Assembly: GCF_018350175.1 (NCBI RefSeq)
Contig: NC_058369.1
Location: 2,792,001-2,856,000, forward strand
DNA: 64,000 nt
Source of the DNA: Felis catus
Taxonomy: Eukaryota
Reading direction: 5' to 3'
Shown here: in pieces, positions 9,096-21,536 of the stretch
How the letters are laid out: the number at the start of each line of letters is the position of its first letter
Position numbering within the stretch: position 1 is the first letter of the stretch
Notes under the pieces: model-generated
The model's database searches: none
What the model saw: only the letters and a program-made list of their open reading frames with translations
What the model was told of the DNA's origin: nothing
Translations under genes and position numbers: made by a program

Positions 9096-12000
9096 CCGAT
9101 CTCCTAGGGCACGGTCCCTCTCCCGTTAGTAACAGACACCCAGTCGTGCTGGGTTGTGCACCCATCTGGCCAAGACTCACTGCCCAACCTTCCCCGCAGC
9201 TAGGTGAGGCCACAACAGTCAACTCTGGTCAACGAGCCTGTAGAAGCTTCTGAATCCCTAATCAGGTGACAGACGCTGGTGCCCCTCCCTCCTTCCCATC
9301 CATTTCCCACCTGGAAAGCTGATGTGACAGCTGGAACCCCAGCAGCCATGCTGGGCCACAAGACCACCTTTGGTAGGGATGCCACGCACAAGAACAGCTG
9401 AGAGCTGTTCCTGTGAGCAGGAGCCTGTGTCCCTGGCGAGCAACCCCAACCACGGCCCCCAGCACACCCTTCTCTTCCCCATCTTCTCTTCCATGGACAT
9501 CGGCTTTCTTCCGTGCTTGCTGTCCATCAGCCCCACACGCCCTCCCCACCAACAAACAGTAAACTCTGTGGACCCAGGGATTTTGAAGCATTTTTCTCAC
9601 GGAGGGTCCCCAGCACCCATGACAGAGCCCAGCATACAGCAGGTGCCTGGTCTGTTAAGAAGCCAAGGAAAGTGAGGCCCTGCGGGCTGCTGCCCCTGGG
9701 CCTTTTCAGCTAATGAGCCACTGAGGTGTTTTTCGGGATTAAGGCTGTTTGGGTTGGGTTTCTGTGCCCTGCACCCCCGAAGTCCTGACTGAGTGTCGCT
9801 GGTATATGACAGGGACGAGGCCACAGCACGCTCCCCCCCCGCCCCGGGCCACAGGGTAAACGCCGAGGGAACACTTACTGCATCGCTGGGTGTAAGGACC
9901 CTAACCCGATGCCCCAGCAGTCAGCACGCCCTGGCTGGACAAAGACCCTGGGAAGATCGGGCGCCCCCACCCGCTGCCTGGCCACGGCCGAGCCCAGGAC
10001 GAGCTGTGGTCCAGCAAGCCGTGGTGCTGTGCAAACTCCGGGCTGCGGCCCGGTGTCCCAGGCACCGGGCGGTTAGTCGGGGGCCGGCTGTGGGTGGGAC
10101 GGGCACACACCAGAGGCATGACCCCCCCAGGGACCACGAGCGCCATGCTGGAAGAAAGAGGGGTCCGAGGCCACAGCTGTTGCCCCTACACCTGCGACCT
10201 AGTGCTGACCACAAGGACAACAGCGCCACCTCTAACTGCTAGTGCGCTCGTGCTGTCAGGTTACCTGGGGGGGGGGGGGGGGCGGGGGCGAGAAGTCTCC
10301 CCTGTCCGTGCCTCAGGGGAGCGGAGCCAACAGCCAGGCCACTCAGGGGGAATGTGCTGGCAGTCCCCAACATGGTGACCGGCTCCGAAACGGGCACCAG
10401 GCTGGAGCAGGGCTGACGCAAGCCTGTTAATAAGACAGGACGTGCGGATGCCCGGAAGCCAGGCCAGGACAGGCTGCCTGGGCCATCTGGACTGTGGGGG
10501 CGACGGTGCGGGGAGCCGCATGGGGGCCCGGCCCAGGGCTGTCGGCGGAGGGGAGCCGAGTCAGTGGGCGTCCCAGCTGTGCTGGCCGCAGACAGCAAGG
10601 AGGCGGCTCAGGGAGGCGGTGGGTTGTGCGGGGGGGAGACAGGTCCAGTTTGCAGCCAGCGCGGCCCTCTGTCCGTCTCGCTCCGCCCACAGCCACGAGG
10701 CCCCGCACCCTCGGAAACAGAGGCCCAGGCCCAGGCTGCCCGTGCTCTCCCTCCTCACCCCCACCTCCCCCCACCCTGCCCTGGAAGGACAGCAGCGAGG
10801 GGCGTCCTGGGCCTCGGGAGCCCGCCGGGAACAGGGAAACCCCAAGGCCTTACAGCTGGCCCCAGCTGGCAGGAGAGGAGGAGAGGAGGAGAGATGAGCG
10901 CCGAAGGGGACTGCGCGGCTTCGCACAAAAGAAGTCTGTGAGCAGAGAACGGTCTGGAAGCAGTGCCGGCAGCCGCTGCCCTCAGGGAGCGGCCTGGGGG
11001 GCAGCGTACAGGGCTCAGGCCTCACGGGGTCCTGGCTGCAGAGGAGGCAGCGGTGACACAGGCAGACTTCCCAGCCAAGAGACCACCGGCCACCGGGACA
11101 GGGTCACAGGCAGACGACCCCAGGCGTGCCCCCTCTCCCCTCAGTGCCCAGGGTGGGCGCCCGTGGCCCGAGGCTGACCGTCTGCAGCCCCCGCCCCCGC
11201 ACGTGTCCCCCGCCTCCCCCGGCCGCTGCCCTGCTGTCCTGAGCCGAAGTCAACACTGGGTCAGCCCAGGGCTCTCACAGTGATGGTGGGCGAGCCCCCA
11301 CAAAACTCAGGACCCTGGCGGCCGCCACAGAAGTCTCTGGAGCCGAGGTGATGCCCACGGCCCACAGGGACCCGGCCGGGAAGAGAGAGGAACCGAGGGA
11401 CCAGAGCTGATAAATGCGAGCTGTGATGCTGTCTGGGTGCACCATCCAGCCGTGTCTGAGCTCCCCACCCCCGCCGCGGGAGGGCCTCTCGAATCCAGGG
11501 GCCCTGGCCACCCTGTCGCTGCAAACAGGGCAGGTCTTGAAGAGGACAGAGGACACCTGCTGAGCACCCACTCAAGGCCGAGACAGGCCCTCGGCCGTCG
11601 CCCTGTGTCCACTCCGCCGCCAGGACCAGCTTGGGTCCGCTCCCCACCAGCACACAGAGGCCACATCACCACTGCCACAGCGAGCGCCACAGGTGTCCCC
11701 TTTCCCTCCCGAGACCTAAAACCGAGGTCACCCAAGTCATCTCTACTACGGAACCACCAGGCTGGCTTCACTCCGAGGAGGCTGCGGGACCAAAGGGAAC
11801 GTCGTTACGGGGCGGCGGTGGAGGCCGGAGGGGGAGCACGACACGGATGCTGTGGTCAGAGGACCAGGCCTTGGCCCTGGCAAGGGGCACCGTGACTTCT
11901 GGGCGCCTGGACGTGCCCATGGCCGGAGCAAATGCCGCTCTCTCTGCAGGGACACGGCCGCGGCTGAGGGCACAGCTTTCCCGCAGACTAAGAACCCAGG

Positions 12001-12335
12001 GGAGAGTGAGGCCAAGCACCTCCCGACACGCAGGGAGACGAGTCACTGCAGGTGAGAGCCAGCAGGCCCACAGGCCAAGCCCCAGGGACAGCAGACGGTG
12101 GAAGGATTACACAGAGTATGTCCAACGGTCACAGACACGCTCTTGCCCAGGGAGTAAGGCTTCCCGAACACAAAGTCGCAAACCGGTGACCGGGCGAACT
12201 CGAAACAGACCCGCCAGACCTTCCCCAAGTGCAGACTGAACCACCCAGGTGACGAGCCCCGTGTGCAGGCGAGCTGTAACTTTCAGGAGTCCTGATCGTT
12301 CACTGTGAGATCAAAGGGTAGGGCCTAGGTTCTAA

Positions 12336-12555
12336 TTTTTCTAAATGTTTATTTATTTGTTTTGAGAGACAGAGACAGAGAGAGACAGAGAGCAGCGGAG
12401 GGGCAGAGAGAGAGGGAGAGAGAGAGGATCCCAAGCAGGTTCAGTGCGCTCAAGCATGGAGCCCGACATGGGGCTCGAACCCATGAACCACGAGATCGTG
12501 ACCCGAGCCGAGATCAAGAGTCGACGCTTAACCAACTGAACCCCCCAGACGCTCC
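12336..12555 (-). mobile_element. CAN-SINE (SINEC)
   Basis: T-rich tail, (GA)n, gggctcgaaccc B-box, degenerate head; ttctaattt on both flanks. Confidence 0.9.
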
Positions 12556-12998
12556 AAGATTATTCTAATTTGAGAGACTAAAACCACACCAGAACTGAGG
12601 GGACGCTCTGAACTGGTCCCCACGACCCACCTCCTCCCAAAGGGAGGCGTGACATGTGACGCACCTCTAACCCACAGACGTGGCAAAGGGGCCAGGACAC
12701 TCCTGTCGCTCACGCTCTGACCAAGAGGCCCGCAGGGATGGAACGGAAGCCCCAGCCGATGGGCGAGGAGGGGGTCCCGCCAATGTCACCGTGGAGCTGG
12801 AAGCAGACCCTCCCCCAGTCCGGTGCCCCACGAGGCTCTAGCCCCAGCCCACCCTCCAGCGCAACCCTGAGCAAAGAACCCGGCTGAGTTGCACCCGAAG
12901 TCCTGACCCACAGAAACCACAAGGGACAGACAGGTGGCGCTGTGGGCCGCCGGTCTGCCACAGCTTGTTACGCAGCAGCAGCTGACTGACGCTCTTAC

Positions 12999-13116
12999 CA
13001 AGTAATCATCCGGTCGGATCCCGAAGAGTTCCCGGAAGTAGCGGAAGGCGACAGGTGCGTAGGTCTTGAACCTGAAGTCCTGGAAGTGGTGGGCGGGGGT
13101 GAGGTTGCTGCCTTCA
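12999..13116 (-). CDS. PIP5K1C: PIP5K1C exon 5 ([39 protein letters not shown])
   Basis: ccacag|T acceptor, TTG|gtaaga donor, 118 nt. Confidence 0.97.
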
Positions 13117-13911
13117 CTGTGGAGCAAGGAGGGAGGGGGCCTGTGAGGGACGGCGGCCTCGTGGGTGCCTCCCCGACTCCCCGGTGGCGCGGACGTCCCA
13201 GGCCTGGGCGGTGCCCTGGCCGCTGAGCTCCAAGGCCTTCTCCAGACGGCCAACTCAGACGGTGGCATGGGACTCCCCAGGGGACAGAGGGCTATGTCCC
13301 GACATCCATTCCCAGTGCTGGCTGGGCACATGGCCGCCTGGAGGAAGCCCACTGCCCAGCCTCTCCTGCATCTAGCTCTGGTCATGTGACTGTGATCGGC
13401 CAATGGGCTATGAGCAGAGCAGAAACCATCATTTCTTGGTGCTGCCCTGCCTAGGGAGGGGCACGTGCTCTCTTCCTTCTGCTAGTGGAATGCAGACGTG
13501 ATGGCAGGATCTCGGGCAGCTACCTGAAACCCCTGGTTGCAAAAGCTGCCCACAAGGACGGTGGAACGGCCAGAAAAACACGGGACCCCAACACCGGGGA
13601 GCTGCCTGATGGCCCCGGATTGCCTGTCACTATTTTCCACGTGAGAGAAAAGCGAACTTTATGTTTTCTTCCCCTGTTTCTTAAAATCACTGTTGTACTG
13701 CAGCCCTCTGATTCGGCAGCAAGCTAACATCACGACCGGTACAGGGTCAGGCCTCAAAGCCAAGAAGGTGCTAGGAGAGGCCCGTGCTGTTTCCAGCAGA
13801 GAAGGGAGCTCAGAGAACAGCAAGGCTGTTGGCATCCCAGCAGCGTCTGCGTGCTGGGTGAGCTGCTACGGGCATCGGGGCCGGTCTCCATGGCGCAGGG
13901 CCCGGGCCCAC

Positions 13912-14042
13912 CTGGGGAAGAAGATGCTCTCCACGACGTAGAAGTCCTGCATGAGCACGTCACGCTCTGGCTTGGAGCTCAGGTTGCCCACGGTGTAGCC
14001 GATGCCCAGCTGGATGGCCCCCTTCAGGGTGGAGGACGTGGT
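13912..14042 (-). CDS. PIP5K1C: PIP5K1C exon 4 ([43 protein letters not shown])
   Basis: ccacag|ACC acceptor, AG|gtgggc donor, 131 nt. Confidence 0.97.
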
Positions 14043-14949
14043 CTGTGGGGAGACCCAGCTGGATCAAGACCCTCGGCCGCCAGGGCGGGGAGGCAAAACG
14101 AGAAGCCCCTCGGGGCAGCAGGACGAGCCAGATGTCCAGCTCGCAGCTTGACCCTGGCACCCATCACGCACGGGGCCCCGGGGTACCCGCCCACCACTTG
14201 TCCCAGACCCGCTGGCCTCTGGGCTGTCGGTCAGCTCACACAACCCCACGGCGAGGTGGCCTGGCTGGGACTCCAATATCACCTCATGCAGCCCCGAGGC
14301 CTGTTTTCCATCAAGGTTCTAGAAGGTTCCAACTTCTCAAAACTGTCCCGATTCGGCAGGGTTCTATCTGCTGCCAGGATTTCCTTTTTGGAAATCCATT
14401 TACAGAGTGACATCCCAACTTCATCTCTGTGAACCCGGGTTCCTGCTACCTACTCTCCCGGTGACGTGCACGGTCACGCTGCGTGAGCGACACCGCCGCT
14501 CCGTGCCTCGGTTTCCCCAGCCACAGTGGGGCATGTCGGGGCCGCCCAGCATTACGTCGCCCAGGCTGCCTGGGCTGGAGGCCGCCCACACTTGAGGAGG
14601 AGGGGGTGGGGGTGACAGCTCAGCCCCGCTTTCCAAGGGAAGGAAGGAGGACCGCATTTCTCCTTTTCCGGATGAGCCAGCAGGGCCGGAGCAGCTGAGG
14701 GCTCGCCCAGGGTCGCAGGCGGCTCCTGTAGCCGGGCGGGTGGTGGTGCAGCTGCGGGCACATTGCCCGATGCTTGTGATGGAGACAGCAGGCAAGGGCC
14801 TCGCTGGGACGGAGGGGCCCGCACCGAGGGGATCTGTCCACAGCCACACGTGGGCACAGAGCCCGCCCGGCCCTGTGTGGGGGCCCCGGATGGCTGGGAG
14901 CCCTTCTCCACTTTGCCCCACCCCAACCAGCCGAGGGCAGAGGAGGAAC

Positions 14950-15042
14950 CTTCTTGTAGGTGGTTTCGCCAGATGCGTCCACGCCCCGATGACCCAACTT
15001 CTTCCCGTGGCCGGGGCCCAGCTGTCCAGTCATCGACGGGGC
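14950..15042 (-). CDS. PIP5K1C: PIP5K1C exon 3 ([31 protein letters not shown])
   Basis: ctccag|GCC acceptor, weak AAG|gttcct donor, 93 nt, frame-consistent. Confidence 0.92.
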
Positions 15043-15786
15043 CTGGAGAGGAGGAAGCAGGAAGCATTAAACATCAGCAAGGAGGCGCCGCTGGGGCCAG
15101 AGTGCTCTGGACATCCTGACCAGAGTCAGGGCTGAGTCACTGGCTGGCAAGCCACGTGGGGCAGAGCCTGGTGTGGGCGGGCTCCAGGGCAGAGCAGGTG
15201 CCCCATCACCCACTGGGGCCACACGGTCCAACTCTGCACATCCAGAGGGGCCCAGGCCCAGACCGGACTTCCGGTTCCTCAGGAGCAGAACCCTAACTTC
15301 AGGGACTCCCTGGGCCTGCTGACGGGGGCGGGGGGAGGGCTGGGTTGTCCCCTATGGTGCGTCCCATGCACTGTGAGCAGTGAGCAGCCTCACTGCGTCC
15401 CGACAGCCACAGATGTCTCCAGACATCACACAGCGTCCCTTAGGGCCGAGACATGTGGGCTGGAATGACTGTGAAACAGGGAGAGGTCCCACTGGCCCGG
15501 GACCTGTGTGGGCACAGCCAGGGCAGGCGTGACAAATGTGTGTGGGAGCCACCAGCACTGATGTGCGGCTCCACAGGGGAGAATGGTGGAGGGGCGGTGG
15601 GGGCTGTCCGGTCACGGACATTTAAGAAACATCTACTGTGTACCTGCACCATCCAAACAGCCCGTGAAACCCTCTGGCCTCCAGCTGCGAGCACCCAGAT
15701 CAGCCCAACCCCCACTGCCCCACGGGGGTTCAGGCAGCCCCCCAGCTGCCCTGGCTCCTCAGCAGGCCCGGGCGTGTTCCGCATAC

Positions 15787-15804
15787 TGGCCACCAGGGGG
15801 CGGG
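15787..15804 (+). promoter_or_regulatory. Candidate CTCF site in PIP5K1C intron 2
   Basis: TGGCCACCAGGGGGCGGG, close to the CTCF consensus. Confidence 0.5.
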
Positions 15805-16473
15805 CTCTCCCCAGAAATCAGTGGCACCGCCCCTGCTCCGCACCCCTCGCAGACTCCCCACTGCCCTGTGGCCAGACAGCCTCCAGGAGAGCCCTCCTGA
15901 CAAGGACCCCACGTGACAGGTGGCAACCCGGGGACACAGGTGCCTGGGGCCAGGAAGCTAGCGCCGCTACAGGGACGCCACGCCTGGGCTGCTCCTGGAA
16001 TGCGGGGCTCACAGACTCGCTCCCACAGGCCGCTTTCAGGACCAGGGACAGTGCTGACCCCCCCAGGGTGCAAGGCGCGGGCGAGCGGCCGCCCCAGCAG
16101 GAGCAGGAGCTCTCTGGATCCCGGAGGGAAGACGGAAGACGTGGGCGGGCGTGTGGGGACAACCGATGCTACACCAGCGGTGCCTGGACCCCCCCTCCTC
16201 CTGGGGGCTCCTCAGGGACCCGCCCTTGCCCGGCTCCCCTCCCACCCCTCTGGATCCTCAGTCTCTGTCCCTCTGTCCCTCACTGTCCAGGCCGGGTCCT
16301 CGCTCTTCCTTCCCCAGCGGCTCCCCTCCCTGAAACTCAAGATGCCGGCAGGACCGAGGGACTTTCACTGCCTGCCACCTGACAGAGCATGGGGCCCGGG
16401 GAGGTGCGGCCAGCTGCCCCAGGCCGCACAGCAGGCCCCGAGAAGTGGGTCAGGAAGGCCACAGGACACTCAC

Positions 16474-16505
16474 CTCCGACGGGGCCATCTTCTTCTGGGC
16501 CAAGC
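16474..16505 (-). CDS. PIP5K1C: PIP5K1C exon 2, 32-nt small exon (GLAQKKMAPSE)
   Basis: ctcctgcag|GCTTGG acceptor, GAG|gtgagt donor; joins exon 1 (phase 1) to exon 3 (phase 0). Confidence 0.93.
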
Positions 16506-17479
16506 CTGCAGGAGAGAAGAGAGAGGCTTCAGCCCGGAGACGGGGGCGGCCCTCCACCCCACCGTGTCACCACCCTGCCTTCCCCGCACACAGGTGTCCC
16601 CGACCTCACTCCGCTCCCTGCACCCCTACGGAGGGACGACAGTACCCCGGCTGGGAAACGGGTGCGGACGTCAACCCACCACTGACCCCAAAGACGTTAA
16701 GTCCCTGGCAGCAAAGGGCTGACCAAACTGACAGCTGTGGCCTTCCCCTGCCGGCGGAAGCAGGGCTCAACCAGATCCAACGTCCTCGGGACACAGAGAA
16801 ATCACGTGACCGGCTGGGTCGGTGGGAAGGGGCCAGGAGGCCAGGGCTGGAGTGACGGCTCCCTGGCCCCTGTTCACACTGTCCCCGGGAAAGAGGTGCT
16901 CACCGTGGAGAGAGGCTCACGGTGAGGGAGCAGGCAGTTTTTATCCCTAGCACCCTGCCCTCCAATCCTGGCTCCCTGTGGGGAGGCCAACCACTGACCT
17001 CTCTGAGCCCTGGCGTCCTCACCTGCAAAGCGGGCTTCTGCTGAGGAGTATCTGTTCAAACGAGTATGGACCGCAGGCATACCCCTGCCTCCTGCAGACA
17101 GGGTGGGCTTTGCAGGTGGGACGAAGCCAAGGCTGGTGAGGTCTGAGGTCGGGGAGACCCGGGGTCCCTGGGCCCAGCGTCCCCATGAGATCCTCATGAG
17201 AGGGAGGCAGAGAGGCAGGCAGACCCCATGCTGCTGGCTGGGGGGGGGGGGGGGGTGGCGCGGGCCAGGATGTGGTACCTCCGGAAGGCGGAAAAGGCAG
17301 GAGAGGGGTCTCCCTGGGGCTTCAGGGGGAACTGGCCCTGCCCATGCCTGGGTTTGGTCCCCGTGACACCCATCTCAGACTCATGACCTCCAGAGTGTGG
17401 TTTTAGATCAGGCCGTGTGATTTGTTTAGCCGCAACAGAAACTCACGTGCTGGGTGTCTACGTGTCAGGCTGGCGGGAA

Positions 17480-17720
17480 GGCAGGTGGTGACCAGGAGGG
17501 TGGAGGGCCTTGGCTTGGGCGATGCGTGAGGGGTCAGGCCAGCAAGGGAGGACTTGCGCTTTCCCCCACAGGAAGGTGGGAGCCCTGGAGGGCTGTGGGC
17601 AGAGGGAGGGGATCCGACTTGGGTGCTCGTGGGCGCCCTCTGGCGGCCACTACGGGGAGGACGGACTGGGGGACGGGGTGGGGGGGAACTGAGCTGGTCC
17701 TTCAGGAGAGGATGGGCTGG
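17480..17720 (-). mobile_element. L2-derived GC-rich remnant carrying a CTCF-like motif (17631-17648)
   Basis: ggtgggagccctggagggctgtgggcagagg block shared with the copies near 20200, 34200 and 43860. Confidence 0.6.
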
Positions 17721-18084
17721 ACCGGGTGGGGGAGGCAGAGGGGAGGTGGGCAGATTCTGGACAGGTCTCAAGTTGGGACAGACAGGCTACCCTCACTGGA
17801 GGCAAAGCGAAAAGCAGGGACTCCAGGATGACTAAGGACTATGATTAAAGCCATTAACGGAAGGAATGAGCAGTCTCAGCCAAGATGAGGAACAAGGCAG
17901 GAGCAGGTGTGGGGACAGTCAGGTGCCGCGTGGCCAAGCTGAGTGTGAGACGCCCAGAGCCTCTGGCACAGAGACTCCAGGATCAGCCGGACCCCGAGTC
18001 TGGAGCTCAGGGAAGGTCGGGCTAGGCAGAGGACCGTGGGTGTGGTGGGGCTGAGACGGGGTTCCAGTCCCGAAGAGCGGACAA

Positions 18085-18255
18085 GGCTGCGGACTGGGGA
18101 GTGACTGTCAAAGGGAATGGGGTTTCCTTTAGCAGGATAAGAATGTTCTAGAATCAGTGGTGACAGTGGCACGACATTGGGAATACACGAAAAACTAAAC
18201 CGTGTTCTTCAAAGCGTGAATTTTATGGTATGAATTACACTTATTGAGAAAAGGA
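18085..18255 (+). mobile_element. L1MB-type LINE 3' end fragment
   Basis: ggggagtgactg..ggggtttcct..aatgttcta..gtgaattttatggtatgaatta matches the recalled L1MB 3'UTR. Confidence 0.7.
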
Positions 18256-20049
18256 AACACTGAATGTGGGGCAGGCCTGGGCGGGCGGGGTGGGTGACCA
18301 GTGTCCTCTTTCAGCCACAACCACCACCCCAGTGCCACCACTGCCCCGTGCGTCGGTCAGCCAGGTGTCGGAGATGGTCCAGGCAGGGAAACTGAGGCTG
18401 GGTGGGCAACCGGCCGGTGCCACGGTCACGGCAGAGGACACCCCAGCCAGGAGGTCAAAGCCGACACACGGAGGCTGGCTCACCTGCCCGAGGCCCCAGG
18501 TGCCCACCCACAGACCTTCCAACCTGGGTGCCCAGGCCCCGGGCCTGAACGTGGGCCCATCCCGAGGCTCAGCTAGAGGCAAGCGGGCCGCGGAAGGTGC
18601 TAGAAAGCTGACGTGATATTTCTGCTGGCTGCCCAACAGAACAATTCATGGTGTTACGTGTGGGCCGTGGGGGAGGGAAGAGGAGAGAAGGCAAGAAGCT
18701 GGCGGTGGACCAGGGCAGAACATTCTGGACTTCGTCCTCTGCAGCTCCCAGGCCGAGCAGGCCCAACGCCGAGGTCCCGGCCTCCCCCCCACCTCCCACG
18801 GCTCCGCCTGCTCCCGAGTCCTCCCGGCTCCTCAGGCTCCTCAGCGGGTCGGGGGGCGGCCTGGCCACTCACAGCCCTGCTCGCCCTCCTGCCCAGCCAC
18901 GTCCACACCGGCCTCCTCCGGCAGGAAGCCCCGCGGGGGTCCGTCTGCCCCACCCCCCACCACAGCACCGTGCCTGTGAGGACCCCCCCACCCCCTGCTG
19001 CTCAAAACCCTCAAAAACCGTGGCCCCCCCGGCCCTGGAGGGCCTTCCCTTCCTGCTCACAGGGAGTCCACCGCTGGAGGTCACAGCCCCGCCCTGTGCT
19101 GCCACCACCAGCCAGGCCGGCTGGGACGGCAGAGGCCACACCACGATGTCGCTCCTCCCAGCCCAAGACGTGACCCACTCTCTTCTGAACGAGCCACCCA
19201 ATTTTTGAGGAAATTAAGTTTTAAAAATAGCCTGGGGAGGGGGAGAGCGCGTCTGCCCCGGGACACAGCCGTGCCAGCCTCTGGGCAGGGGGGGAGGGGG
19301 CAGGGGACGCGCGCAGCAGGGCTGAGGCCGGGCTCTCCTGCGGCCCACCGCTGTGTGGCCTCAGGCGAGCCCCTCCACCTCTCTGAGCACCTTTCCTGTG
19401 GTCTCGCTGAGCCTCCGTGGGTGCCCGAAGCTAGGGCTCCAGAGCTGGGCCCCCTCTCCCCAGCCCGCCGCCCAGCCCTACCACAGGACCCTGCCACAGG
19501 CCGCTCTGATCGCTTCCGTGCAGGTGACCTCACAGCCACCCCGTGGCTCCTCCGGAGGGAGGAGGTGAGCTCCTCACGCCCTCAGGGGCTTCCCTCTGAG
19601 CCTGTTTCTCAGCCCCTAAAGCAGGCCAAAGCCCAGGCAGAGCCCCTCCTCCCGGCCTGCGGGACCCAACTCCTATCAGCTGTTCCCTGCTCCACTGGCT
19701 GGCCTCAGGGCCTTTGCCCTGGATGGTCCCCCTACCCCCACCCCAGTTGCCACCGCCCCATCCTGCACACCCTGTCCTTTCCCTCCAGGCAACAAGGACA
19801 TCAATGCATGTCCTCTTCATGGGGGCTGGGGGCGTCCTCCCTCAGGGCTGGGCCTGTGCGTTGACTGACCCATGACGGGTGGACAGACACCCTCTCCCCT
19901 CCCCTCTGCCCGCGTCTCAGCTTCGGGGGAGCCTCGTCTCCACGTCTGTTGGATGTGGCAACAAAAAGCTCGGGAAGGACTGTGGGCCCCCAAGACCCAG
20001 GGAGGAGCCTCGCCGTCTGTCTTGCAGCACAATCACCCACCTGTGCCTG

Positions 20050-20640
20050 TAAAACCCACCCCGAATCTGCCCACTGTCCCTGGCCCACGGCTCCAGGACC
20101 GCCGCAGCCCCTCCACCCTGGTGCCCCGTCTGTCCTCCACACAGCCCAGTCTCCCCACGGAGGCCACCAGAGGGCGCCCGTGAGCACCTGAGTCAGGTCC
20201 CGCCCTCCTGTGCCCACAGCCCTCCAGGACTCCTACCTCCCTGGGGGAAAAGTCCAAGTCCTCCCCTGGGTCCCCAAGGCCCTGCACGAAGGTGCCCTCC
20301 CCCCCCCGCAGTCCTCCCTCCCTCGGCCCTCCGCCTCTCCCTCTCTCCCCCTCACTCTGCTCCAGCCACATGGGCCTCCTCGCCCTTTCTCCATCATGAC
20401 AGGCAGGTCCTGCCCCAGGGCCTTTGCACCGGTTGGGCTCCCCCCTCACCTGAAACACCGTTCCCAAGACCCTTGCTGGGTTTGCTCCCTTGCTTCATCT
20501 GAGACCTGGCTCAAATGTCACCCCCTCTGAAGTGTCCCCCCAACCACCTTGCCCAAAACAGTCCCTCTGAGGTCACTCTCCTCATCTCTGTGGCTTTCTT
20601 GGCCTTCCAGACACCCAGCAGCTCCTGGGGCTCATGTGTT
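20050..20640 (+). mobile_element. L2 remnant (GC-shifted) with CTCF motif at 20162-20179
   Basis: cagggcctttgcac...ctcaaatgtcacc L2 3' hallmarks. Confidence 0.7.
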
Positions 20641-21536
20641 ATGTCTCCCCCACTACAGAGAGACCAGGTCTGCTCAGTCACCCCCTGACGGACACCGTCA
20701 GAGCTGAGTGTGGAGTCAGCGCTGGAGAGGGCAGCAGGGGGACACGAGGCCTCCAGGGCGGGGCCGCTTCCCAGATCAGGGCTGCATGTGCCCAGGCCGG
20801 GTGCCGGCTCCCCGTGACTCAGGGCGGACGAGAAGGCGCGAGGACAAGGCAGCGGGGCCAGCAGCCCCGAGAAGCCAGGAAGTGGCCTCACACACTTCCC
20901 AGATCGGCCGAGCGACCCGGTGGCCCTGGGGCTCCCGCTGCGCGGCCGCCTCAGCAGCGGGGCCCTGCGGGCAGCCTGCGGGGACGCTGGGAACCTCTGC
21001 GGGGGGGGTGGCAATCCCAACCCTCAGCCCCCCGGCCGGCCGAGCCACACTTGAAAGTCCCCTCTCCAAACCGGAAGGGCCGCGGCTGAGCGGAGACGGC
21101 CGGCTCTCTGCAGCCACGTGATGCTCCGAGTGGTGCGATACAACGGAGAAAGAAACCCTATGGCGTGGGGGAAGGGTGGAAGCTTCTGGTTCTGCCCTCT
21201 GGGAACCCCGAGCCCCGAGGGCCCGGCGGGGGTCCCCGCCACACTGGCGACCGCACCGGGGAGGTAGGCGGCCCCCAGCCGAGGTGCGGGACCAGGGTGC
21301 AGGCGCCCGCCGACCCCGGGCGAGACCCCAGAGCCGCAAGCACACACGCACTTGTTCGCTCAGGCTCGAAGCTCCGGGCGGCCTGTTACGCAGCGACAGC
21401 TGACTGAAGCAGGGACCACGGTACGAGCCGAGAGCCACCACGGCGGTGGGGACGCCGGCCGGTGCAGCAAGACAAGAAAAAAGGAACGGAGGTTGGAGAG
21501 AAAAGATTTCAGAAAACCCAAGAAGTAAGTGCGGCA

